The notes under the pieces: generated by a model | The model's database searches: none | Told to the model about the DNA's origin: nothing | Seen by the model: only the letters and a program-made list of their open reading frames with translations | Program-made: the position numbers and the translations under genes | NCBI GenBank assembly: GCA_963804645.1 | Contig: CAWDRG010000019.1 | Location: forward strand, 128,001-192,000 | DNA: 64,000 nt | From: an uncultured Bacillota bacterium | Lineage (GTDB): Bacteria; Sysuimicrobiota; Sysuimicrobiia; Sysuimicrobiales; Segetimicrobiaceae | Direction: 5' to 3' | Part shown: piece by piece, positions 8,192 through 18,206 of the stretch | Layout: the number at the start of each line of letters is the position of its first letter | Numbering within the stretch: position 1 is the stretch's first letter

Positions 8192-10414
8192 CTACGGCGC
8201 GCCGTCGCGGCGCGCGAGCGCGGCCGCCTGCGCCAGGCCTGATCGCGTGAATACCATCACGAGGCTGGGCGTCACGTGCTTCACGGCGCCCGTGGGCAGC
8301 TGCAGCGTGATGGTCATCGAATAGGGGAACAGTGTGCGGGCCGCGTACGGCCCGAACCGCGCGGCGATCGGCTTCAGGTCTTCGGGCGCACCCAAGATGG
8401 CGACGCCAACGTGGCTTCCGGGCACGGGCCCGAGCCAACTGTTTGCGTGCGTCCACACGCCGGAGTCCGGAGCCGGCCCCGGCTCCGTGCATCCCCAGTC
8501 CGGCAGGAGGCCCTCCCGCTGCACGGCGGGGACGCTGATCGGGGCCGTGGCCCCGGGTCCCGCAGTGTACCGCGCGGCGGCGGAGATCAGCGCGGAGAAC
8601 TGGGCGAGGAACCCCTGCTGCCGCATCTCCTCGGGGGTGGGGATCGGCGCAGCGCGGAGCCGCGCGAGCGGCACCTGATAGACGGTCACCCCGCCGGTGT
8701 GGATCGCCGCGGCGTTCAGCGGTGCGAACAGCTCGCTCCAGCGGCCGGGAGTCCCGTCCACCACGACGATCGCGTTCACGCCGGCGTTTGCGAGGAACGC
8801 CTCGAGCTGACGCTTGTGGTCCGGAATGAGCGTCCCGCAGGTTAGTGAATCCGAGATCGGCCACCGGATAAACTCCCAGGCAAACGGCCCCGTGTAGGCG
8901 GCGGCCAGCCGGAAGTACAGCCGCGATTGTGCCTGCCAGAGCAGGGTCTGACTCGCGCCCCCATAGGGGATGACGAGCAGATTGTCGTTCAGCACCACGT
9001 ACTTCCGATACAACCCGTCGGTGATAAACGCCGGTGTCTCGAGGGACGAGATCCAGCGGGCCGGCGGGACGTTCGGGAGCGTCGCGGCGACGGCGGCGAG
9101 CACCAGGGCCCACCTGCCCCACGCGCGGGGCCGCGTCGCGGCCGCCAGCCAGATCGCGGTCGAGACCGCGGCGATCAGGGAGACGTACATCATGAAGCGT
9201 GCCGGCAGCGCCAGCCTGACGAGCGGCAGATGGAGCAGTGCCTGTCCGATCGGCAGGGGGACGTTCGCGCCGGCGATCCGTGCCGACGGGCCCAACGCGG
9301 CGAGGCCGATGAACGCCATCGACAGCAGCAGGAACGCTCCGCTCGCCGTGCGCCACCGCTCCCACGCGAAGAGCGCGAGGACGATGAGCAGCGGGATGCC
9401 CAGGTACGTGCCGGCTTCCGTGACGTTGCCGGAGAACTCGGGGGGCGGTCCACTCAGCAGCCGGCTGCTCAGGCTGACGTCAGTGGGGGTCACGACGTTG
9501 AGCAGATTCGCGGAGTAGTATGTGGGATCCACGCCCGACAGCTGCGGGGAGCCGTGCGCGAACGCGTACGCGAGATAGGGGCTCAAGAGCGCGAGCGCGG
9601 CGAGATACGCGGCGCCGATGAGCCACGCGGTGTTCAGAAGGTGCGGTCGCTTCGCCCGCGGCGCGACGAGCAGGGCGAATGCGATCGCGACCGCCCCGAA
9701 GAGGGTGAGTGTCGCGAACACCTCCGTGGAGGTCAGGAACTGGAGCATGAACAGTCCCGCGAGCGCCGCCGCGAACCACTGGGGTCGGATCTGGTCTTCA
9801 AGACGCAGCACGACGACGTAGACGGTGAGCGGTACCAGGCACGTCACGACGAGGTTCAGGTGTCCGCCGACGAGATGCGCGAGCTCATAGGAAGAAAATC
9901 CGAAGAGATAGCCCGCCGCGAGCGCCGGCCAGAACGCGCCGGTGACGTGCCGGCACAGGAGATACGCCGTCCACGCCGCGAGCGCCGGAGCCAGCAGGAC
10001 AGCGACGTTGTACGCGACGGCCGGGCCGGCCAGCAGCGTCACGGGGGACATGAGCAGGCTCACGCCGGGCACGGACGTACGCCACGCGATGATCATGCCG
10101 GTCGGAGTCCACACCGCATGGGTGATGAGCGGATTGAGCCCGTGCGTGAGGGCGAAGGGCCACCATGCGAGGAACCACATGAACAACACCGCGTCGGTGC
10201 CGAGGCGCCCGACGTACGCGTGGGCCGCGCGCGGGAGCAGCGCAGCGCCGAAGAAGCCTACCGAGAGGAGGAGGTACGCTAGGAACGCGATCGCCGCATC
10301 ACGGGGCGCGCGGCGCCGACGCGCGCGATCGCCTCGGTGTTCGTGTGCCGGGACCATCGAGTCCTCTGCGCGGAGTTGCACGTCGGACGCATCGCTGTCG
10401 TTGCGTGCGGACAT
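8192..10414 (-). CDS. Polytopic membrane protein, probable GT-C fold glycosyltransferase (YfhO-like)
   Basis: More than 10 hydrophobic helices with D...FMW.LAW, AYN, FGFSSY, H.NL, E...YLG and PARF motifs. Confidence 0.7.
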   Translation of the reverse strand: MSARNDSDASDVQLRAEDSMVPAHEHRGDRARRRRAPRDAAIAFLAYLLLSVGFFGAALLPRAAHAYVGRLGTDAVLFMWFLAWWPFALTHGLNPLITHAVWTPTGMIIAWRTSVPGVSLLMSPVTLLAGPAVAYNVAVLLAPALAAWTAYLLCRHVTGAFWPALAAGYLFGFSSYELAHLVGGHLNLVVTCLVPLTVYVVVLRLEDQIRPQWFAAALAGLFMLQFLTSTEVFATLTLFGAVAIAFALLVAPRAKRPHLLNTAWLIGAAYLAALALLSPYLAYAFAHGSPQLSGVDPTYYSANLLNVVTPTDVSLSSRLLSGPPPEFSGNVTEAGTYLGIPLLIVLALFAWERWRTASGAFLLLSMAFIGLAALGPSARIAGANVPLPIGQALLHLPLVRLALPARFMMYVSLIAAVSTAIWLAAATRPRAWGRWALVLAAVAATLPNVPPARWISSLETPAFITDGLYRKYVVLNDNLLVIPYGGASQTLLWQAQSRLYFRLAAAYTGPFAWEFIRWPISDSLTCGTLIPDHKRQLEAFLANAGVNAIVVVDGTPGRWSELFAPLNAAAIHTGGVTVYQVPLARLRAAPIPTPEEMRQQGFLAQFSALISAAARYTAGPGATAPISVPAVQREGLLPDWGCTEPGPAPDSGVWTHANSWLGPVPGSHVGVAILGAPEDLKPIAARFGPYAARTLFPYSMTITLQLPTGAVKHVTPSLVMVFTRSGLAQAAALARRDGAP

Positions 10415-10559
10415 CCTACCCGAGGTTTTCTTCGGACGATGGGCGGACCCTCTTCAGCGCGCGTCTCACACGCCCGGCGGCCGAGATCCCGCTGGAGTAT
10501 AGTCGGACTACGGCGATGCCCAGGGCACCGTCGGGCAACATCGGAGGGACATTGGAGAC

Positions 10560-11129
10560 ATGACGCGGCGATTGATCGTGTTCAATCAGGTATCGCTCGA
10601 CGGCTATTTCGTGGATCGGAACGGCGACATGAGCTGGGCCCACAAGCCGGCGGGCGATGCCGAGTGGGACGCCTTCGTCGCGGGCAATGCGACGGGCGGC
10701 GGCGAGTTGCTGTTTGGCCGGGTGACCTACGAGATGATGGCGGCGTTCTGGCCGAGCGCGCAGGCGATTGCGCGATTGCCGGTGGTGGCCGACGGGATGA
10801 ATCGGGCGCCGAAGGTCGTGTTTTCACGCACCCTGGACCGGGTAGCCTGGAACAATACGAGGCTGGTCAAGGCCGATCTCGCGGCTGAAATCCGCCGGAT
10901 GAAGCACGAACCCGGACCGACTATGGTGATTTTGGGAAGCGGCACGCTCATCTCGCAGCTAGCGCAGGAGGGCCTGATCGACGAGTTCCAGATCGTCGTG
11001 GTTCCCGTCGCGCTCGGCAGCGGACGGACCCTGTTCGACGGTATCACCACGACGCTGAGCTTCACGCTGACGAATACACGGAGATTCCGAAACGGCAATG
11101 TGTTGCTGTACTACGCGCCGACCCCGTGA
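10560..11129 (+). CDS. Dihydrofolate reductase/RibD C-terminal family protein
   Basis: VSLDGY, LLFGRVTYE, PKVVFSRTL, GSGTL...L...GLIDE and PVALGSG motifs. Confidence 0.9.
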   Translation: MTRRLIVFNQVSLDGYFVDRNGDMSWAHKPAGDAEWDAFVAGNATGGGELLFGRVTYEMMAAFWPSAQAIARLPVVADGMNRAPKVVFSRTLDRVAWNNTRLVKADLAAEIRRMKHEPGPTMVILGSGTLISQLAQEGLIDEFQIVVVPVALGSGRTLFDGITTTLSFTLTNTRRFRNGNVLLYYAPTP

Positions 11130-11274
11130 AGTCTGCCGAGCCGTCGCGACCGGTCGGACTACCCGCCGTGCCGTTTCGTTAGATAGGCACGCAGTGCGGA
11201 CTGGCCGCGCGGCGAGGTCCAGTAGTGGTTCCACTGCCCTGAGAGCCTGGCTTATCGCGGACCCGTGACGGAAT

Positions 11275-11350
11275 TGGTGGGCCGTGCAGGACTTGAACCT
11301 GCAACCTTGGGATTAAGAGTCCCCTGCACTGCCAGTTGTGCTAACGGCCC
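11275..11350 (-). tRNA. tRNA-Lys(CTT)
   Basis: Reverse complement folds as a cloverleaf, GGGCCGT...GGGGA-CT-CTT-AA-TCCC...GGTTCAAGTCC...ACGGCCC-A-CCA (76 nt). Extended -10 TGCTAGAAT lies just upstream. Confidence 0.97.
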
Positions 11351-11404
11351 CGCTTCATTCTAGCAGAGGGTGAAGAGAGTGGGAAGGGGAGATCCCTCGC
11401 GGCG

Positions 11405-11433
11405 TTGACGCATGCGGCGGCCGCACGTAGAAT
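11405..11433 (+). promoter_or_regulatory. sigma70-type promoter of tRNA-Leu
   Basis: TTGACG-N17-TAGAAT. Confidence 0.8.
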
Positions 11434-11445
11434 CGAATCACGGCG

Positions 11446-11535
11446 GCGGGCGTGGCGGAATCCGGCAGACGCGCCAGGCTTAGGACCTGGTGGACCGTGA
11501 GGTTCGTGGGGGTTCAAATCCCTCCGCCCGCACCA
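11446..11535 (+). tRNA. tRNA-Leu(TAG)
   Basis: GCGGGCG/CGCCCGC acceptor stem, CCAGG-CT-TAG-GA-CCTGG anticodon arm, long variable arm, GGTTCAAATCC and encoded CCA. Confidence 0.97.
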
Positions 11536-11583
11536 CCGTGCGCCGCATCGGCGGGTGCCGATGCGGTCGGACCGGGGAGGGCG

Positions 11584-11949
11584 ATGATGATCGAGATCGA
11601 CTGGCAGTATCATCGGCGGGGCTGAGCGACATGCGCCAAGGCCCAGGCGTGTCTTGGGCGGCACCGCGCCGTGGCACGGGTGCAGGTCGACGCGACGCGC
11701 CAGGCGATCGTCGGCAACGCGGCGCTGGCGGTGGTGGATGGGATGCACGACCTCTACTCGGTGCGCGCAGGACGGGTGGTGCATGTGGACCTGCGCGGCG
11801 GCAGACCGTCCCGCGCAGACCTGCGGCGGCTGCTGCTCGGTCCCACCGGTCGGCTGCGCGCGCCGACGCTGCGGGTGGGCCGCACGGTCGTCGTCGGCTA
11901 CGACGCGGTGCTGTTCGAGCGCGTGCTTGCCGCGGGTTCCTCGCGCTGA
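11584..11949 (+). CDS. ArsC/Spx-like thioredoxin-fold selenoprotein (UxxC; in-frame TGA at 11623-11625)
   Basis: GGAGG then ATG gives MMIEIDWQYHRRG-U-ATC-AKAQ..., in frame with the ORF containing GPTGRLRAPTLRVG.TVVVGYD. Confidence 0.8.
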
Positions 11950-11965
11950 TACGCCCGTGCGCGCC

Positions 11966-11995
11966 TTGACGCCCGCGCGGCGCCCCGTGTATACT
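11966..11995 (+). promoter_or_regulatory. sigma70-type promoter of tig-clpP-clpX
   Basis: TTGACG-N18-TATACT. Confidence 0.75.
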
Positions 11996-12078
11996 GCGAG
12001 CAGGTCGTGGCCTCGGCGGTGTGCCCGTCGAGGCCTTCGTCCGTCCTTATCCCCCGACGTATGGAGGAGTGGCGGCTC

Positions 12079-13395
12079 ATGAAGGTGGCGGTGCGCACCG
12101 AACCCGGGAGCCGGGCGGTGCTGGAGATCGAGGTTCCGGAGGACGTCGTGGCGCGCGCGATGGACCGGGCGTACGCCGCGCTCGTCCGGCAGGTCAACGT
12201 GCCCGGGTTCCGGCGCGGCAAGGCGCCGCGCGCGATCCTCGAGCGGCACGTCGGGACCGAGGCGATTCGAGAAGAAGCCCTCCGGCGGCTCATCCCCGAG
12301 CAGTACTCCGAGGCGGTGACGCAGTCGGGGATTTCTCCGATCGCCAGCCCGTCGGTGGACATTCAGGAGGCCGAGGACGGGAAGGGGCTGCGGTTGACCG
12401 CGACGGTGGATGTCTACCCGGAGGTCACCGTTCCCGACTACCGCACCCTGCACGTCGACCGCGAGGCGCATCCCGTGACCGACGAGGACGTGGACCGCGC
12501 GTTCGACGACCTGCGGGCCCGCCAGGGCCGCCTGGTCACGGTCGCGGAGCCGGCGCAGCGCGGGGATTTCGTGCTCGTGACGGTCGTGGCCGCGCCCGCC
12601 GGGCTAGAACGGATGCAGGCGGGGAAGGAGTTACTGGTAGAGGTGGGCGGCGGGCTCCTTCCGGCCGAGGTCGAGGCGGCGCTCGAGGGCGCATGCGCCG
12701 GCGAGGAGCGGACGGCACCGGTGGCGTCCGGCGAGGGCGACGTGACGGTGCGCGTCACCGACGTGCGTCGAAAGGAACTGCCCCCTCTGGACGACGAGTT
12801 CGCACGCAAGGTGTCGGATCAAACGACGCTCGCCGCCCTGCGCGACGGGGTGCGCGCCCAGATCAGCCGGGAGCGCGAGGAGCGGGAACTGAGTGCGCTG
12901 CAGGACCGCGTCGTCGACGCGGTGCTGGCGCAGACCACGATGGAGCTGCCGGAGAGTTTGGTGGAGCACGAGATCGAGCACGTCCTGGAAGATGTGAGCG
13001 GGCGACTGCAGTCGCGGGGGATGACGCTCGAGGCGTATCTGCGCAGCGTCAACAAGGACGAGGCGGCGTTTCGTGCTGAGGTGCGGCCGCGCGCGGAGCG
13101 CCGGGTTCGCGTCCGCGTGCTGCTCGAAGCGGTGACCGAGCGCGAGGGGTTGACGGCGAGTGAGGAGGAGATGGCCGACGAGGTCAAGAAACTCGCGGCC
13201 GAACTCCAGCAGGATGTGCCGAACGTTGAGAAGTGGCTGGACGAGGGGGGCCGCCGCGACGGGATGCGGGCGGGTCTGCTCCGCCGCAAGGCGGTGGACA
13301 CCCTCGTCGAGGCCGTAGCGGGTGCGGCGCCGGCGCCGCGGGCCGACGAACCCGCCGCGGAGCCCGCGGCCGCGACGCCTCCGGCCTCAGAGTAG
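12079..13395 (+). CDS. tig: Trigger factor
   Basis: PGFRRGKAP ribosome-binding motif, [11 protein letters not shown], and position upstream of clpP/clpX. GGAGGAG precedes ATG 12079. Confidence 0.93.
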   Translation: MKVAVRTEPGSRAVLEIEVPEDVVARAMDRAYAALVRQVNVPGFRRGKAPRAILERHVGTEAIREEALRRLIPEQYSEAVTQSGISPIASPSVDIQEAEDGKGLRLTATVDVYPEVTVPDYRTLHVDREAHPVTDEDVDRAFDDLRARQGRLVTVAEPAQRGDFVLVTVVAAPAGLERMQAGKELLVEVGGGLLPAEVEAALEGACAGEERTAPVASGEGDVTVRVTDVRRKELPPLDDEFARKVSDQTTLAALRDGVRAQISREREERELSALQDRVVDAVLAQTTMELPESLVEHEIEHVLEDVSGRLQSRGMTLEAYLRSVNKDEAAFRAEVRPRAERRVRVRVLLEAVTEREGLTASEEEMADEVKKLAAELQQDVPNVEKWLDEGGRRDGMRAGLLRRKAVDTLVEAVAGAAPAPRADEPAAEPAAATPPASE

Positions 13396-13453
13396 CCGCG
13401 GTCGGGACGGATCGACGGCGGATCGGGCGACAGCCAGGGAAGGGAGCACGCGC

Positions 13454-14053
13454 GTGTACTATATGCCGATCGTAGTGGAGCAGACGGCTCGCGGCGAGCG
13501 GGCGTACGATATCTATTCTCGCCTGCTGCGGGAGCGGCTGATCTTTATCGGGGGCGCGATCGAGGACGAGATGGCCAACCTGATCATCGCCCAGATGTTG
13601 TACCTTGACTACGAGGACCCGGAGAAGGAAATCCAATTGTACGTAAACAGCCCCGGGGGCTCGGCGACCGCCGGACTCGCGATCTACGACACGATGCAGT
13701 TCCTGAAGTCGCCGGTGTCCACGATCTGCGTCGGGCTGGCCGCGAGCGCCGGGGCGATCATCCTGGCCGGCGGCACGAAGGGGCGGCGATTTGCGCTGCC
13801 GTATTCCCGGATGATGATCCACCAGCCGTGGGGGGGCGCGCAGGGGTCGGTGTCCGACATTACCATCCAGACAAAGGAATTCCTCGCGATCCGGCAAATC
13901 CTGGATGAGATCCTCGCGTCGCACACGGGGCAACCGCTCGAGCGGGTGCAGAAAGACACCGATCGCAACTTCTGGATGAGCGCGCCGGAAGCGCAGGAGT
14001 ACGGGCTGATCGACGACGTCATTAAGCCGCGGAGTGGGAATCGGCCGCAGTGA
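13454..14053 (+). CDS. clpP: ATP-dependent Clp protease proteolytic subunit
   Basis: [23 protein letters not shown] (Ser), MIHQP (His) and DTDRN (Asp). Confidence 0.97.
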   Translation: MYYMPIVVEQTARGERAYDIYSRLLRERLIFIGGAIEDEMANLIIAQMLYLDYEDPEKEIQLYVNSPGGSATAGLAIYDTMQFLKSPVSTICVGLAASAGAIILAGGTKGRRFALPYSRMMIHQPWGGAQGSVSDITIQTKEFLAIRQILDEILASHTGQPLERVQKDTDRNFWMSAPEAQEYGLIDDVIKPRSGNRPQ

Positions 14054-14086
14054 CGACGCGAGAGACACGCGGAGAGCCAACCAGCG

Positions 14087-15361
14087 ATGTTTAAGACCGG
14101 GGACGATCGGGACCGCCTCAAGTGCTCGTTCTGTGGGAAGACCCAGGAGCAGGTGCGCAAGCTTGTCGCCGGGCCAGGCGTCTACATCTGTGACGAGTGC
14201 ATCGAGCTCTGCAACGAGATCATCGAGGAAGAACTGGCCGCGGGCCCGCACGGGCACGCGAAGCCGCGCACCGTCCCCAAGCCCCACGAGATCTATCAGA
14301 CCCTCTGCCAGTACGTGATCGGCCAGGAGCACGCGAAGAAAGCGCTGGCCGTCGCGGTCTACAACCATTACAAGCGGATCGGCTCCCACTCGAAGCGGTC
14401 GCCCGAGGTCGAGCTGCAGAAGAGCAACATCATGTTGATCGGCCCGACCGGGTGCGGGAAGACGCTGCTGGCACAAACACTCGCGCGGATCCTGGATGTG
14501 CCGTTCGCGATCGCCGACGCCACGTCGCTCACCGAAGCGGGGTATGTCGGCGAAGACGTCGAGAACATTCTGCTGCGCCTGATTCAGGCGGCCGACTACG
14601 ACGTGAAGCGCGCCGAGCGGGGGATCGTGTACATCGACGAAGTGGACAAGATCGCCCGGAAGTCCGAAAACCCGTCGATCACGCGCGACGTGTCCGGCGA
14701 GGGGGTGCAGCAGGCGCTGCTGAAGATCCTCGAGGGCACCACCGCCAACGTGCCGCCGCAGGGGGGCCGCAAGCACCCCCACCAGGAGTTCATCCAGATC
14801 GATACCACGAATATCCTTTTCGTCTGCGGCGGAGCCTTTGACGGTCTCGACCGGATCATCGAGTCGCGCGTGCGCGTCGCCAGCATCGGGTTCGGGGCGA
14901 AGGTGGAGGCGAAGCGCGAGCACCGCATCGGCGAGCTGCTGGCGCAAGTCATGCCGCAGGATCTGCTGCGGTACGGGCTGATCCCGGAGTTCATCGGCCG
15001 GCTGCCGGTCGTCGTGCCCCTCGAGCCGTTGACCGAATCGGACCTCGTGACGATCCTGGTGGAGCCGCGGAACGCGCTCGTGCGCCAGTATCAGAAGATT
15101 CTCGAGATGGACGGCGCGGAACTGAGCGTCGGCGACGACGCGCTTCGGGCGATCGCGCGTGAGGCGATGACCCGGAACACCGGCGCCCGGGGGCTGCGCA
15201 CGATTATCGAAGAGATCATGCTGAACATCATGTACGAGATCCCGTCGCGGGGAGACGTCAAGCGAGTCATCGTGACGCGGGAGACGGTGGAAAAGCACAC
15301 CGAGCCGCTGCTGCTGACGGCCGGCGATCTCAAGAGAATGCCGAAGGAGAAACCCGCCTGA
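14087..15361 (+). CDS. clpX: Clp protease ATP-binding subunit ClpX
   Basis: CSFC...CDEC zinc finger, [35 protein letters not shown] and IGF loop. Confidence 0.98.
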   Translation: MFKTGDDRDRLKCSFCGKTQEQVRKLVAGPGVYICDECIELCNEIIEEELAAGPHGHAKPRTVPKPHEIYQTLCQYVIGQEHAKKALAVAVYNHYKRIGSHSKRSPEVELQKSNIMLIGPTGCGKTLLAQTLARILDVPFAIADATSLTEAGYVGEDVENILLRLIQAADYDVKRAERGIVYIDEVDKIARKSENPSITRDVSGEGVQQALLKILEGTTANVPPQGGRKHPHQEFIQIDTTNILFVCGGAFDGLDRIIESRVRVASIGFGAKVEAKREHRIGELLAQVMPQDLLRYGLIPEFIGRLPVVVPLEPLTESDLVTILVEPRNALVRQYQKILEMDGAELSVGDDALRAIAREAMTRNTGARGLRTIIEEIMLNIMYEIPSRGDVKRVIVTRETVEKHTEPLLLTAGDLKRMPKEKPA

Positions 15362-15398
15362 GCGACCCGTGGCGCGCGGAGACGGTGTTCCTTGGATT

Positions 15399-15433
15399 CG
15401 AAGAAGCCTGCGGTGCAGGCTTCTTCGCTTTTT
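15399..15433 (+). terminator. Intrinsic terminator after clpX
   Basis: CGAAGAAGCCTGC-GGT-GCAGGCTTCTTCG followed by CTTTTT. Confidence 0.85.
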
Positions 15434-15637
15434 GGGGTGCCCGGGGCCGGGCGGAACTCCCCGGGGGACGGCGGCGCTCGGAGGGGCAGGAATTAGACCG
15501 TGCCTTCTGAGCGTATATAGATGGAGACAGGAATGGTGAGCGCCCGCTCACGCCCGAACGGTCGATCGGCGCCGGACCCGGCGCCCGGTAGCGAAGCGGC
15601 GTTCTAGGGGAGGCTCCCCCTCCCAAGGAGGTCGTCG

Positions 15638-18085
15638 ATGACTGAAGAGACGCAACACCCGACGCCGGAGCAGCCCGAACAGGCGCCGGCGGAGGCCCCG
15701 GCCGTGTTTCCCGACGTGATGCCGGTGCTGCCGCTGAAGGGCACGGTCGTGCTGCCCTCGATGGTGGTGCCCCTCGGGGTCGGACGCCCGAAGTCGCTGG
15801 CCGCACTGGAGGCCGCTCTGACCGGCGACCGCGTGCTGCTGCTCGTGGCACAGAAGAAGGATGACGAGGAAAACCCGGAGTCGTCCGGGCTGTACGAGAT
15901 CGGGACCGTCTGCCGCATCCTGCAGGTCGGGAAGCAGGCCGACGGGACGGTGCAGGTCGTGGTCGAGGGCGCCGTGCGCGGCGCGATTCTCGAATTCGTG
16001 CAGACCACGCCGTTTTTCCAGGTGCGCGTGGAGACCCGGCCGGATTCGACCGAGAAACCGCTGGAGATCGAAGCGCTGATGCGGGGCGTGACCTCGCAGT
16101 TTGAGCGGTACGCACGGCTGTCGCGGTCGATCCCGCCTGAGGCGTTCATGCTCGTGATGTCCACCGAGGAGCCGGGCCGCCTGGGAGACCTCGTCGCGCA
16201 GCATCTGCAGCTCCGGGTCGAAGAGCGCCAGCGCGCGCTCGCCGCGGCCCCGAAGGACCGGCTGGAGATGCTGAGCGGCATTTTGACCAAGGAGATCAAC
16301 ATCCTCGAGCTGGAGCGGAAGATCCACAACCGCGTGCGCAAGCAGATGGAGAAGAGCCAGCGCGAGTACTTCTTGAAGGAGCAGATGAAGGCGATTCAGC
16401 AGGAGCTCGGCGAGAAGGACGAGCGGACCGCGGAGACGGACGAGTACCGCAAGAAGATCGAGGACGCGGACCTGCCCGAGAAGGTCAAAGAGAAGGCGCT
16501 CGAAGAGCTGGGCCGTCTCGAGAAGATGCCGCCGATGGTCGCCGAGGCGGTCGTGGTGCGCACGTATCTGGATTGGATCCTGGCGCTCCCGTGGAGCATC
16601 CGGACCGAAGATCGGTTGGACACGAAAGAGGCCCGCAAGATCCTCGACCTGGATCACTACGGCCTCGAGAAGGCCAAGGACCGGGTGGTGGAGTACCTGG
16701 CCGTGCGCAAACTGGCGCCGGACTCCAAGGCGCCGATCCTGTGCTTCGTCGGACCGCCCGGGACCGGCAAGACGAGCCTCGGCAAGTCGATCGCGAAGGC
16801 GCTCGGACGCAAGTTCGTGCGCGTGTCGCTCGGCGGCGTGCGGGACGAGGCGGAGATTCGCGGCCACCGGCGGACGTACGTGGGCGCGCTTCCCGGCCGG
16901 ATCGTGCAGGGCATGCGGACGGCGGGGAGCCGCAACCCCGTGTTCATGCTCGATGAGATCGACAAGTTGGGCATGGATTTCCGGGGCGACCCGTCGGCGG
17001 CGCTCCTCGAGGCGCTCGATCCGGAACAGAATGAGGCGTTCAGCGACCACTACCTCGAGCTGCCGATCAATCTGCGCGAGGCGATGTTCATCACCACCGC
17101 CAACATCCTGGACACGGTGCCCCCGGCCCTGCGGGACCGGCTCGAGGTGATCCGGTTCTCCGGCTACATCGAGGAGGAGAAGCACCACATCGCGACCCAG
17201 TTCCTCATTCCGAAGCAGCTGAAGGAGAACGGCCTGCGGGCCGATCAGGTGACGTTTACCGAGGACGCCCTGCGGCTCGTCATCCGGCAGTACACCCGGG
17301 AGGCGGGCGTCCGGAATCTCGAGCGCGAGATCGGCACGATCTGCCGCAAGATCGCGCGCGAGGTGGCCGAGGGCGAGGCGACGGCCGTGAAAGTGACGAC
17401 GCAGAACGTGCACAAGTTCCTCGGGCCCACGAAGTTTCACTACGGGACCGCGGAGAAGGCGGATGAGATCGGGGCCTCGACCGGCCTCGTGTATACCGAG
17501 CAGGGCGGCGACATCATCACCGTCGAGGCGACGCTGCTTCGCGGCGACGGCAAGCTGTCGCTGACCGGGCAGCTGGGAGACGTCATGAAGGAATCCGCCC
17601 AGGCCGCGTTCAGCTACATACGTGCGCGGGCGCGGCGGCTCGGAGCCGACGAGATGTTCGCGTCGCGGTACGACGTGCACGTGCACGTGCCGGCCGGGGC
17701 GGTGCCGAAGGACGGGCCGTCCGCCGGCATCACGATGGCCACGGCGATCGCCTCCGCGCTGACGGGCCGGCCGGTGCACAGCGATATCGCGATGACGGGC
17801 GAGATCACGCTCCGCGGGAAGGTGCTGCCGATCGGCGGCGTCAAGGAGAAAGTCATCGCCGCGCACCGCGCCGGGATCAAGACCGTGATCATGCCGAAAG
17901 AGAATGAGAAGGACCTGCAAGAGATTCCCGGCAACGTCCGGAAGAAGTTGCGGTTCGTGTTCGTGGAAACGATGGATCAGGTCCTCGCCGAGGCGCTGGG
18001 CGAGGCGACGGGGCTGCCGCTCTTGACCCCGCCGACGGAACTGCCGCGGCCGCAGCATCGGCCGCAGCCGCCGATCCAGGCGTAG
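15638..18085 (+). CDS. lon: Lon protease
   Basis: Lon N domain, GPPGTGKTS, LDEIDK, PKDGPSAG (Ser) and IGGVKEK (Lys). Confidence 0.98.
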   Translation: MTEETQHPTPEQPEQAPAEAPAVFPDVMPVLPLKGTVVLPSMVVPLGVGRPKSLAALEAALTGDRVLLLVAQKKDDEENPESSGLYEIGTVCRILQVGKQADGTVQVVVEGAVRGAILEFVQTTPFFQVRVETRPDSTEKPLEIEALMRGVTSQFERYARLSRSIPPEAFMLVMSTEEPGRLGDLVAQHLQLRVEERQRALAAAPKDRLEMLSGILTKEINILELERKIHNRVRKQMEKSQREYFLKEQMKAIQQELGEKDERTAETDEYRKKIEDADLPEKVKEKALEELGRLEKMPPMVAEAVVVRTYLDWILALPWSIRTEDRLDTKEARKILDLDHYGLEKAKDRVVEYLAVRKLAPDSKAPILCFVGPPGTGKTSLGKSIAKALGRKFVRVSLGGVRDEAEIRGHRRTYVGALPGRIVQGMRTAGSRNPVFMLDEIDKLGMDFRGDPSAALLEALDPEQNEAFSDHYLELPINLREAMFITTANILDTVPPALRDRLEVIRFSGYIEEEKHHIATQFLIPKQLKENGLRADQVTFTEDALRLVIRQYTREAGVRNLEREIGTICRKIAREVAEGEATAVKVTTQNVHKFLGPTKFHYGTAEKADEIGASTGLVYTEQGGDIITVEATLLRGDGKLSLTGQLGDVMKESAQAAFSYIRARARRLGADEMFASRYDVHVHVPAGAVPKDGPSAGITMATAIASALTGRPVHSDIAMTGEITLRGKVLPIGGVKEKVIAAHRAGIKTVIMPKENEKDLQEIPGNVRKKLRFVFVETMDQVLAEALGEATGLPLLTPPTELPRPQHRPQPPIQA

Positions 18086-18107
18086 CACGCACGGGTCTGC
18101 GGGAGTG

Positions 18108-18140
18108 ATGGGCGGGCGGCCCCTCGGGCGGCCCGCCCGT
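18108..18140 (+). terminator. GC-rich hairpin after lon
   Basis: GGGCGGGC...GCCCGCCC stem followed by a weak pyrimidine tail. Confidence 0.45.
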
Positions 18141-18206
18141 TGCTTCTGGCGAGGTACATGACGATCGCGGTCGGCGCGCGGGCGGCCTGCGGTGGGAGGG
18201 CGATCG

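Noticed and set aside
11130..11350. Possible integrative element at the tRNA-Lys or tRNA-Leu 3' end
   Set aside because: I found no integrase and no duplicated tRNA 3' end (att site) in the window.
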